DNA from: an uncultured Gemmataceae bacterium
Lineage (GTDB): Bacteria; Planctomycetota; Planctomycetia; Gemmatales; Gemmataceae
Direction of reading: 5' to 3'
NCBI GenBank assembly: GCA_963773845.1
Contig: CAVZCU010000015.1
Span: 327,570-391,569 of the forward strand
Length of the DNA: 64,000 nucleotides
A model generated the notes under the pieces. The model was not told where the DNA came from. It saw nothing but the letters and a program-made list of their open reading frames with translations, and ran no database searches. Position 1 is the first letter of the stretch; each line of letters opens with the position of its first letter. The translations under genes were made by a program, and so were the position numbers. Shown piece after piece: positions 35,116 through 44,656 of this stretch.

Positions 35116-35337
35116 GTGGGTAAGCTACGAGTGCTGTCCGGCCAAGAAACCTGTGCTATTCTGGAAAAGCATGAGTTCATTCGCGTGAGGCAGCGCGGTA
35201 GTCATATTATCATGCAGTGAGTCACTGACGATGCTACCACGACTATCCCAGTTCCGAACCATAAGGAATTGCGAACAGGAACGCTGCGATCGATTATTCG
35301 CCAGGCCGGTCTGCCGAAAAGTGAATTCGAAAGTTGA
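35116..35337 (+). pseudogene. hicA: HicA-family toxin remnant; 5' end separated from hicB by the IS insertion; in-frame TGA after GSHIIMQ
   Basis: GKLRVLSGQETCAILEKHEFIRVRQRGSHIIMQ*VTDDATTTIPVPNHKELRTGTLRSIIRQAGL; original GTG start at 31351 overlapped the hicB stop. Confidence 0.6.
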
Positions 35338-35371
35338 TCTGCCGCTTTAAGTTAGGGGCCCAAGCTTCGGC

Positions 35372-37549
35372 TTACTTCGCCCCAGCGATCCGCCGAGTCA
35401 TCCACACTTCAAACGCCAACAGCCCGATAACGAGCACCAAGAGCAGCCACCAAAGATCGATTTGTGAATCTGGATTCGCTTCCTGCGAGAACACTTCACT
35501 TGCCTTCGATATGTACTTGGTCGTCGGCAGCAGTCGAGTCACCGCCAGGCGGTCTTCTTCACTGCACGGGGTCAGGTCCGATTCGCCGCCGTCGGGTTGG
35601 ACGACGTAGTATTGCACTTTGCCCGTATCGGTTGTTAGTTTGTAGACGCCCGTCTCTTTGGTGTCGTCGAATACCAGCGGCCATTCTTTCGCTGGGATTC
35701 GTCGGGCGGCGCCTTCGGGCGGCTGGATTGTCACGGGGCCCGGCAGTTCTCCGTCCGTCGGACGGAAGACGATTGGCTGCCCGGGTTCGAGATTCACATC
35801 GCCGCCACGGGAAGCCGCGAGGTAATAGACCAGTTCGTGCGCCAAGCGGACGTAATCACCGAGATCGGTCAGATTCGTTCGCCATTCATTGTTGAACGGC
35901 ACGGCCGAAAGAATCACGCGGCCCTTGCCGAACGCCTTTTCGACGAACAACGGGTTGCGGTCGGTGAGCATCGCGATCGGCACGCCGCCGGCATCGCTGC
36001 GACTCTCGAGCTTCCAGTGTCGAGGGAAGTACGCACTCCCAGCCAGACTGCCAGGGTCGTCGTTCTTGAATAGCTCAAGTGCCGGACTCTCCAGGCTGGA
36101 CATGACCACTCGGGCCGCCTTGTCAAGATCGCTCTCGTCACCCACCGGGTCGACCAACCGGGCTGGCAGCCAGCCTCGACCGTCGCGGAAATGTTCCTCG
36201 TTGTAACCGGTCGTCTCCGAACGCGGACCGGCGGCGACGAGCACGCCGCCACCGGAGTTGAGGAACGCCTCGATCGCCTGGCCCTGGTCGGGCCGGATGC
36301 TCGGCAGGTTGATGAGCACGAGCACCCGCGGAATCGTGCCCGGCTCGCGGCCAACGGGCTTGGTCAGGAGATCCGGCGAGAATTCGCTGCTCGAAATAAC
36401 GCGGATCAGGAAGCTTGGATTGGTGTCGAGCGCCGGGGCAAGAGCGTCGCGGAGAAAATCCGAGCCACGATTACGGGCGTTGCGTACATCGCTATCGACA
36501 ATCAAAACGGGAATCGTCGGCATGACTTCGATGGCATAATCCTGCCGATTGTCGCCGGGCATCGCATCGTCGTCGACGGTCAGCGACAAGAGATGCGAGC
36601 CGGGGTTATTGAAGCGCTGGGTGAGCGTTAGCGGAATGCGGCCCTTCTCCGCGATGCTCGGTGGCCGAACATCTCCTGCCGGCCGACCATCAACTTCGAC
36701 ATGCACTTTCTCCGGCGATTGCATTCCCGCGGGGCCGCGCAGTTGCAACTCAGTCTTGAACTTCACTTCGCGGCCGACGGCGGCCACCGCTCGCGACGAC
36801 TGGATCGGCGACAGCGACCAGTTGGGCAAATCCGCGGAGCGATCCGGCACGACATTGACGACCCAGATGTGCGGCATATCGCCCTCGGGCGTGCCGCCAG
36901 CGAGGAGTTCCCAGCGTTCGAGCGCTTTCGGGTCGGCCCAGCCGTGCCGTTGGCCATCCGTGAGAATGACCACGTCGCGCTGCGATTTGCCGCCGGCCTT
37001 GAGCAGCAGGATGGCTTCGCGCACCGCCGCCGACATATTGACCCCGCCCCGTGGCTTGGGCGCATCCATCAAGGCGCCACGCGCCTTGTCGACATCGCTC
37101 GACAGGTAGCTTACCAGCGCTGTCGGCGTCTGCCGGGCATGGATGACGGCCACGCTGTCGCCGGGTTGAAGGTCGCGGATGAAGTCCGCAGCCCAATCCT
37201 TGGCTGCGTCGTGGGCGCTATGACCGTCCTTCGTGTAGCCCATGCTGAACGAGCCATCCAGAATCAGGACCACATCCCGGCTCGGCCGCGGCGCGATCTT
37301 CGCCAGCCACGGCATTCGTACCCAAGGCGAGGCGACACCAAGTACCAGCAAGAGGATCAGCCCCATGCGCAGGAGCATCAGCAGAAACTGTTCGAGAAAG
37401 ATCTTCTTGCGCGTGCGTTCGGAGATTTTGAGGAACTGCATGGCCGCCCAATCGACGACGTCGAATCGTCGGCGATTGAGCAGATGGACAATGGGCGGAA
37501 TCGCCAGCGCGATGAGACCGAAAAGCAGAGCGGGAGCGAAAAAGCCCAT
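35372..37549 (-). CDS. BatA-domain / VWA membrane-anchored protein (aerotolerance-operon-like)
   Basis: two N-terminal TM helices, VWA-like LILDGSFSM motif, C-terminal TM; 725 aa. Confidence 0.65.
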   Translation of the reverse strand: MGFFAPALLFGLIALAIPPIVHLLNRRRFDVVDWAAMQFLKISERTRKKIFLEQFLLMLLRMGLILLLVLGVASPWVRMPWLAKIAPRPSRDVVLILDGSFSMGYTKDGHSAHDAAKDWAADFIRDLQPGDSVAVIHARQTPTALVSYLSSDVDKARGALMDAPKPRGGVNMSAAVREAILLLKAGGKSQRDVVILTDGQRHGWADPKALERWELLAGGTPEGDMPHIWVVNVVPDRSADLPNWSLSPIQSSRAVAAVGREVKFKTELQLRGPAGMQSPEKVHVEVDGRPAGDVRPPSIAEKGRIPLTLTQRFNNPGSHLLSLTVDDDAMPGDNRQDYAIEVMPTIPVLIVDSDVRNARNRGSDFLRDALAPALDTNPSFLIRVISSSEFSPDLLTKPVGREPGTIPRVLVLINLPSIRPDQGQAIEAFLNSGGGVLVAAGPRSETTGYNEEHFRDGRGWLPARLVDPVGDESDLDKAARVVMSSLESPALELFKNDDPGSLAGSAYFPRHWKLESRSDAGGVPIAMLTDRNPLFVEKAFGKGRVILSAVPFNNEWRTNLTDLGDYVRLAHELVYYLAASRGGDVNLEPGQPIVFRPTDGELPGPVTIQPPEGAARRIPAKEWPLVFDDTKETGVYKLTTDTGKVQYYVVQPDGGESDLTPCSEEDRLAVTRLLPTTKYISKASEVFSQEANPDSQIDLWWLLLVLVIGLLAFEVWMTRRIAGAK

Positions 37550-37625
37550 CTGAATCTCAACGCATTGGACAGGATTATCAAATTGGATGTTTCGAGATTC
37601 TGCTGATCTTGTCCAATTGTATCCG

Positions 37626-38516
37626 TTATGTCCGTTGGCGCCGCGAGATGTATAGGCCTAGCGCTCGATCCACGGGATCGTCTGTTCGCAGCAAGTGGTA
37701 GTCGACGCGCAGCTTGCCGGCACGCTCCTTCAATTCGTGACGGAAGTTCTCGAAGTTGCGCAGATAGTCGTCGCGCAGACGACGAGTGTCGACCAATAAC
37801 TTGTTGTCGCGGGTTTCGAGGTTGCGAAACTGCGTCAGCCGCTTGTATGGAAAACTCATTTCTTCCGGGGCCAAAATATGCAGAAGGATCACCTCGTGGT
37901 TTCGGTGCCGCAGGTGCTGCAAGGCTTTTACAAGCGAGTCGAGTTGATCGAAGAAGTCGGAGAGAATAATCACCATGCCACGGCGTTTGAGGTGATGGCC
38001 GGCCAGTTCGTGTAAGAGGGGGGACAATGCGGTTTCGCCCCCCGGTTCGGTCTTTTCCAATGTCGTCAACACTTGTAGCAGGTGCTTGGGATTCGCTTTC
38101 GGCGGAATCAGCGAGCGGACCTTGGTGTCGAGCGTGATCAGGCCGACCGAGTCCATTTGTTGCAACATGAGATACGCCAGCGATGCGGAGACGTGCTGGG
38201 CGTACTCGAACTTGCTAAGCGCTTTCTTCGACCCGCGAAAGGCCATGCTGCCGGACGCATCAACAATCAGATAGGCCTTGAGATTGGTCTCTTCCTCGTA
38301 CTCCTTCACATAATAGCGATCGGTCTTGCCGACCGCCCGCCAATCGATATGGCGGATCTCGTCGCCGGGCGTGTACTGGCGATGCTCGGCGAATTCGACC
38401 GAGAAGCCTTTGAACGGACTGCGGTGCACGCCGGTGAGGAAACCCTCGACGATCTGCCGGGCGATCAGCGTCAGCCCGGCGTACTTGCGCAACTCGGTCG
38501 GATCGAAGCGGAGCAT
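37626..38516 (-). CDS. DUF58 protein (MoxR-associated VWA-like)
   Basis: RSPFKGFSVEFAEHRQYTPGDEIRHIDWRA and LIVDASGSM motifs. Confidence 0.75.
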   Translation of the reverse strand: MLRFDPTELRKYAGLTLIARQIVEGFLTGVHRSPFKGFSVEFAEHRQYTPGDEIRHIDWRAVGKTDRYYVKEYEEETNLKAYLIVDASGSMAFRGSKKALSKFEYAQHVSASLAYLMLQQMDSVGLITLDTKVRSLIPPKANPKHLLQVLTTLEKTEPGGETALSPLLHELAGHHLKRRGMVIILSDFFDQLDSLVKALQHLRHRNHEVILLHILAPEEMSFPYKRLTQFRNLETRDNKLLVDTRRLRDDYLRNFENFRHELKERAGKLRVDYHLLRTDDPVDRALGLYISRRQRT

Positions 38517-38540
38517 GCAGCCTTTGTATGGGCGAGTTGC

Positions 38541-38895
38541 GATCAACGATGAAGAACCCAACACAAAGACACAAAGATCACACAAAGACACAGAGCCGAC
38601 CAATTAGGGTCTTCTTCGTGACTTTGTGTGATCTTTGTACTACTAACGTTTCCACTTCTTCGTCGCGCGCGAAGAATTTCCCTCCCCCCGGCTCTGCGGG
38701 GGGGAGGCTCCCTGTCTTTCCCTCCCCCCGGCTTTGCGGGGGGAGGGCAGGGTGGGGGGAAGTGGCGGCCGGGTCGGGACAATGCAACCTCGGGCTGAAG
38801 GCGCTTCGCCCCCCACCCTGCCCTCCCCCCGCAAAGCCGGGGGAGGGTAAGACGGCGGCTCAGCCGCGCTGGGTCTTTGTGTTGGGTTCTTTGTC
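38541..38895. repeat. composite palindromic intergenic structure: outer inverted repeat GAACCCAACACAAAGAC, internal CACAAAGATCACACAAAGA inverted pair, and three copies of the G/C hairpin CCCTCCCCCCGGCT(T/C)TGCGGGGGGAGGG (two direct, one inverted)
   Basis: read directly from sequence; ORF-track hits here are P/G-rich translation artefacts. Confidence 0.7.
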
Positions 38896-38899
38896 CGTG

Positions 38900-39934
38900 T
38901 CACCGCAGGCCAACTGCTTTGCGCACCAGATCCATCGTCTTCTCCGCTTCCGCTCGCGCTCGCTTCGCCCCTTCGCGTAACACGTCATCGACGAAGTTTT
39001 TGTCCGCAGCCAGTTGCTTGCGCTTATCGCGGAATGGGCCGAAGAAGGCCTCGATCTTTTCCAGCAGCATTTGCTTCGCAGTCCCGTCGCCCATGCCGCC
39101 GGCACGATAGCGTTCGGCCAGCGCTGTCGTTTCCTCCGGCGTCGCGAACAGCTTGTAAAGCAGAAATGGCGTCCGCGTTTCGGGATCCTTGGGCGCTTCC
39201 GGCGGCGTGGAGTCGGTCACAATACCCATCACTGATTTCTTGAGTGGCTTGCCCTCGGCGAAGATGTCAATCGTGTTGCCGTACGACTTGCTCATCTTCT
39301 GGCCGTCGGTTCCCGGCACCTTGGCCCCAATGTCCAGGCGTTCCGCTGGCAATGGGAACAAGTCCACGCCGAACGTTTGATTGAAATACCCCGCCATGTC
39401 GCGGGTCATCTCCAGGTGCTGCACCTGATCCTGACCGACCGGAACGACATTCGAACGCACAATCAGGATGTCCGCAGCCATCAAGATGGGATAGGTGAAA
39501 AGACCGACGCTCGGAGCGATGCCCTTGGCGATTTTGTCCTTGTAACTGTGGGCGCGCTCGAGCAATCCCATGCCGGTCACGGTCGAAAGGATCCAGGCCA
39601 GCTCGGTCACCTCTGGTACGTCGGACTGGCGATAGAACGTCGCCTTCGCGGGGTCGAGGCCGAGCGCCAGATAGTCAAGCGCCACGTCGCGGACGTTCTC
39701 GCGGAGAATGTCGGCGCCTGCTCGCGGCTTGCGCTTTTGTTCCTTGGCCGCCTCCACTTCGGCGCGCACGGCGTCGCCGAGCGTGGTCAGGGCGTGGTAG
39801 TCGGCGATGAAGTAGAAGCATTCGCCTTCATCTTGAAGGGCAATGTGCTGCTTGATGGCGCCGAAATAGTTGCCGAGGTGCAGCTTCCCTGATGGCTGCA
39901 CGCCGCTGAGGATGCGCTTCTTTTTTTCCGCCAT
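38900..39934 (-). CDS. trpS: tryptophan--tRNA ligase
   Basis: GVQPSGKLHLGNY (HIGH-like) and KMSKS motifs; 344 aa. Confidence 0.9.
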   Translation of the reverse strand: MAEKKKRILSGVQPSGKLHLGNYFGAIKQHIALQDEGECFYFIADYHALTTLGDAVRAEVEAAKEQKRKPRAGADILRENVRDVALDYLALGLDPAKATFYRQSDVPEVTELAWILSTVTGMGLLERAHSYKDKIAKGIAPSVGLFTYPILMAADILIVRSNVVPVGQDQVQHLEMTRDMAGYFNQTFGVDLFPLPAERLDIGAKVPGTDGQKMSKSYGNTIDIFAEGKPLKKSVMGIVTDSTPPEAPKDPETRTPFLLYKLFATPEETTALAERYRAGGMGDGTAKQMLLEKIEAFFGPFRDKRKQLAADKNFVDDVLREGAKRARAEAEKTMDLVRKAVGLR

Positions 39935-39958
39935 GATCGATTTCCGTAGATCCAGCGG

Positions 39959-40025
39959 CGAGCGTCGAGGCGTAAGCCCGACGTGAAAGTCTCACACGTC
40001 GGGCTTACGCCTCGACGCTCGCCGA
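39959..40025. repeat. perfect 29-bp-stem palindromic element (loop AAAGTCTCA) 25 nt upstream of the trpS start; same family as 53268-53334
   Basis: ggcgagcgtcgaggcgtaagcccgacgtg…cacgtcgggcttacgcctcgacgctcgcc. Confidence 0.8.
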
Positions 40026-40105
40026 TCGATGGTTGCACTTTCGATAATTCCTAGACATCGCTAGATTATCGGCGGTTCATTCAATTCCAATCGCGATGGA
40101 AGGTC

Positions 40106-40879
40106 ATGGACGCTCATCCTACCGCCGATGCCCGCGAATTAGAAAAACGCGATGCCCTTCTCCTCGATGGCCTGCGGGCCGCGCTCAGCGCCGACGAGCA
40201 TCGACTTTACCGCTCGGGCAAGTCGGATGGGTTGTTTGCGGGCAAGTCCGGATTGCCCGGCGACGCGGCCGCGCTCGCCATCCGCGAAGGGCTGCTCGAA
40301 TATTCACGCACCGAAGCCCGCGGCCGCTTCGAGATCGAATGGGTTCGCCTGACTGCCAAGGGGGTTGAATACTTATACCAGCACGATTCGCCGCGAGCAA
40401 TCCTCGGCGAGATGCGGCAAATGCTGGCAACGGCACAATCCGGCATCCCGATGTGGCAGGACGAGATGCTCAAATCGCTTGAGAAATTAGCGACTCACAT
40501 CACCGATCAGATGGCCCGCCACCTCGACAAGCTGGAGTCGCTTTCCAAGCGCGTTGAAGAGGCCACACGCCGCTCCGAGGCAGCGCCGGAATTGAAGGCG
40601 TCGCTCAAGGAACTGGTTCCGTGGGGAATTGAAGCGCTGGCATATCTCGATCATCGGCGGGCGAGCGGCGCCGCGAGCGCGTGTCCAATGCCGGAACTAT
40701 TTGGTGCTGTTCGCGGCAAGCATCCGGCGATCATGATGCGCGATTTCCACGACGGTCTCCGCCGACTGGCCGACAATCGAGCCGTCACACTGACCCCCTG
40801 GTCCGGTCCCGGCCCGATCCCTCAGCCGGAATATGCGATGATGGCCGAAGGAAAATTGATGTATCATGTGGGGCGGTAA
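40106..40879 (+). CDS. hypothetical protein (257 aa)
   Basis: ORF only. Confidence 0.35.
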   Translation: MDAHPTADARELEKRDALLLDGLRAALSADEHRLYRSGKSDGLFAGKSGLPGDAAALAIREGLLEYSRTEARGRFEIEWVRLTAKGVEYLYQHDSPRAILGEMRQMLATAQSGIPMWQDEMLKSLEKLATHITDQMARHLDKLESLSKRVEEATRRSEAAPELKASLKELVPWGIEALAYLDHRRASGAASACPMPELFGAVRGKHPAIMMRDFHDGLRRLADNRAVTLTPWSGPGPIPQPEYAMMAEGKLMYHVGR

Positions 40880-40926
40880 TTGCCCGTGCGAATCATCGAC
40901 TCGACTCCGAACTCTTGAGAAAGCAC

Positions 40927-42081
40927 ATGCGCATCTCGCCATACCTGTTGACGATTGTCCTCAGCCTGCCTGCATCGCTCGCCCAATCGGCAGAGATGAA
41001 AACACTCAAGGAGGAGCGTGAGCTGTTCCCCGATGTCATCGAAGCCATCACGGGAAAAATCCCACGCCACTCGCCCGAATTCCTGGAGTGGCAGATCAAG
41101 GATCGGCAGGCGAAGTTGGCTACCGATCCAAACAATCCGGATCTGACCGACGATCTAGCCGGGGCGCTCGCCCGAACGGGCGAATACGGCAAGGCGATTT
41201 CCGTGCTCGAACCACTCGAAAAAGCCCAGCCCGGCCGTTATGAAACACAGGCCAATCTGGGCCTCTTCTATTTCCTGAAGGGCGACTACGAGAAGGCCAT
41301 TCCGCACTTCGATCAAGCATTGACTGCAAAACCCGACGCCAATTCCGGACGCGAACAATACTTGCGCTGGTTGGCGGAATATATGCTCGAGAAACCGTCG
41401 CGACGATTCCCGATTGCGCCCATCGATCCGCAATCACCGTGGCCGCATCGTCCCCGATCGTTCGCAGTGTTCCTCAGTTCCAAATTGAACAAGCCAGACC
41501 TTGATTTGGCCGACGCTCAGGCGGGCGTGGCGGGCATTTGCCAGGCTATCCGGTTCGGCGGTCCGGAATCGCAGTTGCTGTTAGAGGCGCTCGGAGACTT
41601 GCTGTGCTTTTCATCCGACAAGGCCAAGCCGGTCGCAACGCGACTGGCTGCTCGCGCTTACCTACGCGCCGGCTATGTCCGCAACAGCCCCGGCATTCGC
41701 AATGGTTACATCACTCTCGCCGAATGGGCACTCGTCCATCGGCAAGCGGACCGCGACGATTTCAAGGACCAAAAGGATGCAATGCACATTCTCTCGCGGC
41801 AGTTCACCGAAATCGAGGATGCGGATGCCTGGCGCGCCGAAATGGCGAGCAAGGAAAACGAGTTGATCGCGACGAGCGCAAACCCGGAAGAGGAAATCAA
41901 TCGCCTATACGGAGAATCGCCGCGGGTGCCGGACGATCCAGACGACTCCCTGTGGGGAGCGAATTCGGGCCAACTCTATCAAACCGTGGCCATTGGCTTG
42001 GCGGGTGTGATCATTGTCGTTCTAGCCATCGTATTCGCGCGCCGCGTGTTTCGACGGAAGGCCAATAAGGAAGTCGCCTGA
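40927..42081 (+). CDS. TPR-repeat protein with signal peptide and C-terminal transmembrane anchor
   Basis: MRISPYLLTIVLSLPASLAQS; TPR-like YGKAISVLE…GDYEKAIPHFDQAL; C-terminal VAIGLAGVIIVVLAIVFA. Confidence 0.55.
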   Translation: MRISPYLLTIVLSLPASLAQSAEMKTLKEERELFPDVIEAITGKIPRHSPEFLEWQIKDRQAKLATDPNNPDLTDDLAGALARTGEYGKAISVLEPLEKAQPGRYETQANLGLFYFLKGDYEKAIPHFDQALTAKPDANSGREQYLRWLAEYMLEKPSRRFPIAPIDPQSPWPHRPRSFAVFLSSKLNKPDLDLADAQAGVAGICQAIRFGGPESQLLLEALGDLLCFSSDKAKPVATRLAARAYLRAGYVRNSPGIRNGYITLAEWALVHRQADRDDFKDQKDAMHILSRQFTEIEDADAWRAEMASKENELIATSANPEEEINRLYGESPRVPDDPDDSLWGANSGQLYQTVAIGLAGVIIVVLAIVFARRVFRRKANKEVA

Positions 42082-42129
42082 TGTGCCATGAGCTTGTTAT
42101 CTCTCGGCGAGCGCTCATACACTTGAGGC

Positions 42130-43326
42130 ATGAAGCCATTGCCCGAATACATCGTCGTCGATCCCGACGGAGTGAAGACGTGCTGTGACGATGTCGCCGG
42201 CAGCGCTCAGGTCGGCTTCGATACGGAATTTGTCGGTGAAGATACTTACGTTCCCCATCTCTGTCTTGTCCAGGTCGCTACGCCGAATGCGCTGTATGTC
42301 ATCGATCCCTTCGATTCCGGCCCGCTCGATGAATTCTGGCAACTGATCGCCGATCCCAATCGTCTGGTCATTGTGCATGCCGGGCGTGAGGAAGTGCGCA
42401 TTTGCAATGGAGCGATCGGCCGGCCACCCGGCAACCTGTTTGATGTGCAAATTGCGGCAGGGCTGGTCGGTTGCGGATATCCGCTCGGCTATGGCGCGCT
42501 GGTCGGCTCGGTTCTGAAGAAGCGACTTACCAAAGGGGAAACGCTGACCGACTGGCGAAAGCGTCCGCTGTCGCAGGACCAGATTCGCTATGCCTTCGAT
42601 GACGTGCGCGATCTGCTCGCGATCTGGAAGAGAATCGACGCGAAATTGACCAAACTCGGCCGCTCTGGCTGGGCCGTGGAGGAATTCGCATCGTTCGTCG
42701 CCAGGGCATTGCGCGAAAGCGGCGAAGCGGAGCGCTGGCGGAAGCTCAAAGGCGTCAGCAATCTGGACGGCAAGCGACTCGCCATTATTCGCGAAGTCTA
42801 CCGCTGGCGCGAGGACGCGGCAGCGAAGAAAAATCGGCCGGCGCGAGCCACGCTGCGCGATGATCTGATCGTTGAAATTGCCAAACGCAATCCGAAATCA
42901 CTGGAGGAGATTGAAAGGCTGCGCGGTCTCGGCCGGGCGGATGTCGCGGGCATTTTCGAAGCAGTCGAGCGTGCCCGCCATCTGTCTTCCGATCTGTGGC
43001 CGACCGAAGCCGAGCGCGACGTCGATCCGCATGCCGTCGCACTGGTGGCGAGCTTGTTGAATGTGGTGCTGGCTGACTGGTGTGCCCGTCAGGAATTGAC
43101 GACCCCTCTGGTCGCGACAACAGCCGATATTCGCCGGCTGGTGCGCGCGGCTTCCAAGAGCGAACCGCCGCCCGCCGACTGCGGTTTGACGGTCGGCTGG
43201 CGCAAGGACCACGTGTTGCCAGTGCTACAGGAAGTGCTCGAGGGGAGAAGAGCACTCCGCGTGAGATCGCTGGAAGGTGAGACGCCATTGGAATATGGCC
43301 ACGTGCGCAGGGTTGATAAGGCATAA
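42130..43326 (+). CDS. rnd: ribonuclease D (DEDDy 3'-5' exonuclease + HRDC)
   Basis: GFDTEF, VHAGREEVRI, Y-x3-D (YAFDDV) motifs. Confidence 0.8.
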   Translation: MKPLPEYIVVDPDGVKTCCDDVAGSAQVGFDTEFVGEDTYVPHLCLVQVATPNALYVIDPFDSGPLDEFWQLIADPNRLVIVHAGREEVRICNGAIGRPPGNLFDVQIAAGLVGCGYPLGYGALVGSVLKKRLTKGETLTDWRKRPLSQDQIRYAFDDVRDLLAIWKRIDAKLTKLGRSGWAVEEFASFVARALRESGEAERWRKLKGVSNLDGKRLAIIREVYRWREDAAAKKNRPARATLRDDLIVEIAKRNPKSLEEIERLRGLGRADVAGIFEAVERARHLSSDLWPTEAERDVDPHAVALVASLLNVVLADWCARQELTTPLVATTADIRRLVRAASKSEPPPADCGLTVGWRKDHVLPVLQEVLEGRRALRVRSLEGETPLEYGHVRRVDKA

Positions 43327-43481
43327 ACTGTTAGCAATGCCTGCGCAACGACGCTAACCACAAAGATCACACAAAGAATCACCAAGGAGTTCTTCGAATC
43401 GTCTCTTGTGTTTCTTTGGGTGATCGTTGCGACTTTGTGGCAAGGAAAAGCAACTGACACTTAACTCCCCGGTAACCAAGC

Positions 43482-44346
43482 ATGGAACCCATCGTCATCG
43501 CCACCTGGCCGTTCGGCCGCACGGCTGTTGAAGTCGCCTCCAAGTTGCTGGCCGCGGGCAAGGCGCCGCTCGATGCAGCACTTGCTGGGGCCCAGGCCGT
43601 GGAAGATGATCCCAAGATCCACTCGGTCGGATTCAGTGGTATCGGCAATAGCATCGGCACGGTTGCGCCTCGATGCCTGTGTCATGGATGGCAAGACGCT
43701 TGATTGCGGCTCGGTCGCAGGCGTGGAAAACATCCGCCACGCCGCCGCCCTCGCAAAAAAGGTCTACGAAAAGACGCCGCACGTGATGCTCGTCGCCAAA
43801 GGGGCGGAATGGTTCGCCATTCAAAATGGCTTTCCGTTGGAAACGCTACTAACACCCGAGAGCGTCGCCGAGTGGGAGAAAAATCGACCGCGCAAGAAGA
43901 ATGAGACGAAGGGGCACGATACAGTGGCGGTGCTGGCGAATGACGGCAAAGGTCACCTCGGCGGCGTGTGCACCACATCGGGCTTGTCGTATAAGACGCC
44001 GGGCCGTGTCGGCGATTCGCCACTCATCGGGGCCGGCTTATATGTCGACGATGAAGCCGGGGCCGCGGGTGCGACGGGCGTTGGCGAGGAGATTATCCGC
44101 GTCGGCGGCAGTCTGTTCATCGTCGAGCAGATGCGTGGCGGCAAGTCGCCGCAAGAAGCCTGCGAATTAGCTATCAAGCGGGTAATCGCCACAGCGGTCC
44201 GCCGCGGGCAGCACCCGGCGAGCGTCGCATTCCTGGCGATGAGCCCGAAGGGGGATGTCGGCGCCGCATGCACGCAACGAACCAATTTCCAATATGCGAT
44301 TGCTCGTGGCGAGAAGATCGAGATGGTGAAGGCGAAGGAACTATAG
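43482..44346 (+). pseudogene. isoaspartyl peptidase / L-asparaginase (Ntn-hydrolase) with frameshift near 43650
   Basis: N-part HSVGFSGIGN… in one frame, …LDACVMDGKT…GHDTVAVLA…CTTSGLSYKTPGRVGDSPLIGAG in the next. Confidence 0.7.
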
Positions 44347-44356
44347 GGCGAAGAAG

Positions 44357-44400
44357 CACATAGGACGTATAGGTCGCAAGCGACCTATACGTCCTATGTG
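44357..44400. terminator. perfect 21-bp-stem hairpin (loop AA) immediately after the asparaginase stop
   Basis: cacataggacgtataggtcgc-aa-gcgacctatacgtcctatgtg. Confidence 0.65.
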
Positions 44401-44424
44401 ACGCTGCGCGGTCAATGTCCTGCC

Positions 44425-44605
44425 GAGGAAAAGAGGATTAGGATTACGATGAGGACTAGGATCAGGAAGAGGACTAAGAACAGGATTAGGAGTCAGAGAA
44501 CGAAAGCCAGTTGCTCGCCGGGCCGCTTCTGGTCCTACTCCTTCTCTTCATCTTGCTCTTAGTCCTCTCCCTGATCCTAGTCCTCATCTTACTCCTACTC
44601 TGCTT
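44425..44605. repeat. AG-rich ~170-bp imperfect inverted repeat (AGGATT/AGGACT arms) between convergent genes
   Basis: arm GATGAGGACTAGGATCAGGAAGAGGACTAAGAACAGGA vs reverse complement of 44535-44600; low GC in a high-GC context. Confidence 0.6.
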
Positions 44606-44656
44606 TGCAGCGGATCTCCGTCGTGACGCATTGGCAGCGCAGCGGTCAATAATCGA

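Larger units (their letters stand above)
31361..35116 (+). mobile_element. IS4-superfamily insertion sequence, copy 2 (inverted relative to copy 1), itself interrupted by a nested element; 9-bp TSD TGGGTAAGC at 31352-31360 and 35117-35125
   Basis: sequence identity with 13455-15500; flanking direct repeat. Confidence 0.85.

Noticed and set aside
13455-35116. Composite transposon formed by the two inverted IS copies
   Set aside because: Each IS copy is flanked by its own distinct 9-bp target-site duplication, indicating two independent simple insertions.
38528-39110. Several 60-150-aa Pro/Gly/Arg-rich ORFs
   Set aside because: Translations of the G/C-hairpin repeat region and trpS antisense; compositionally artefactual.
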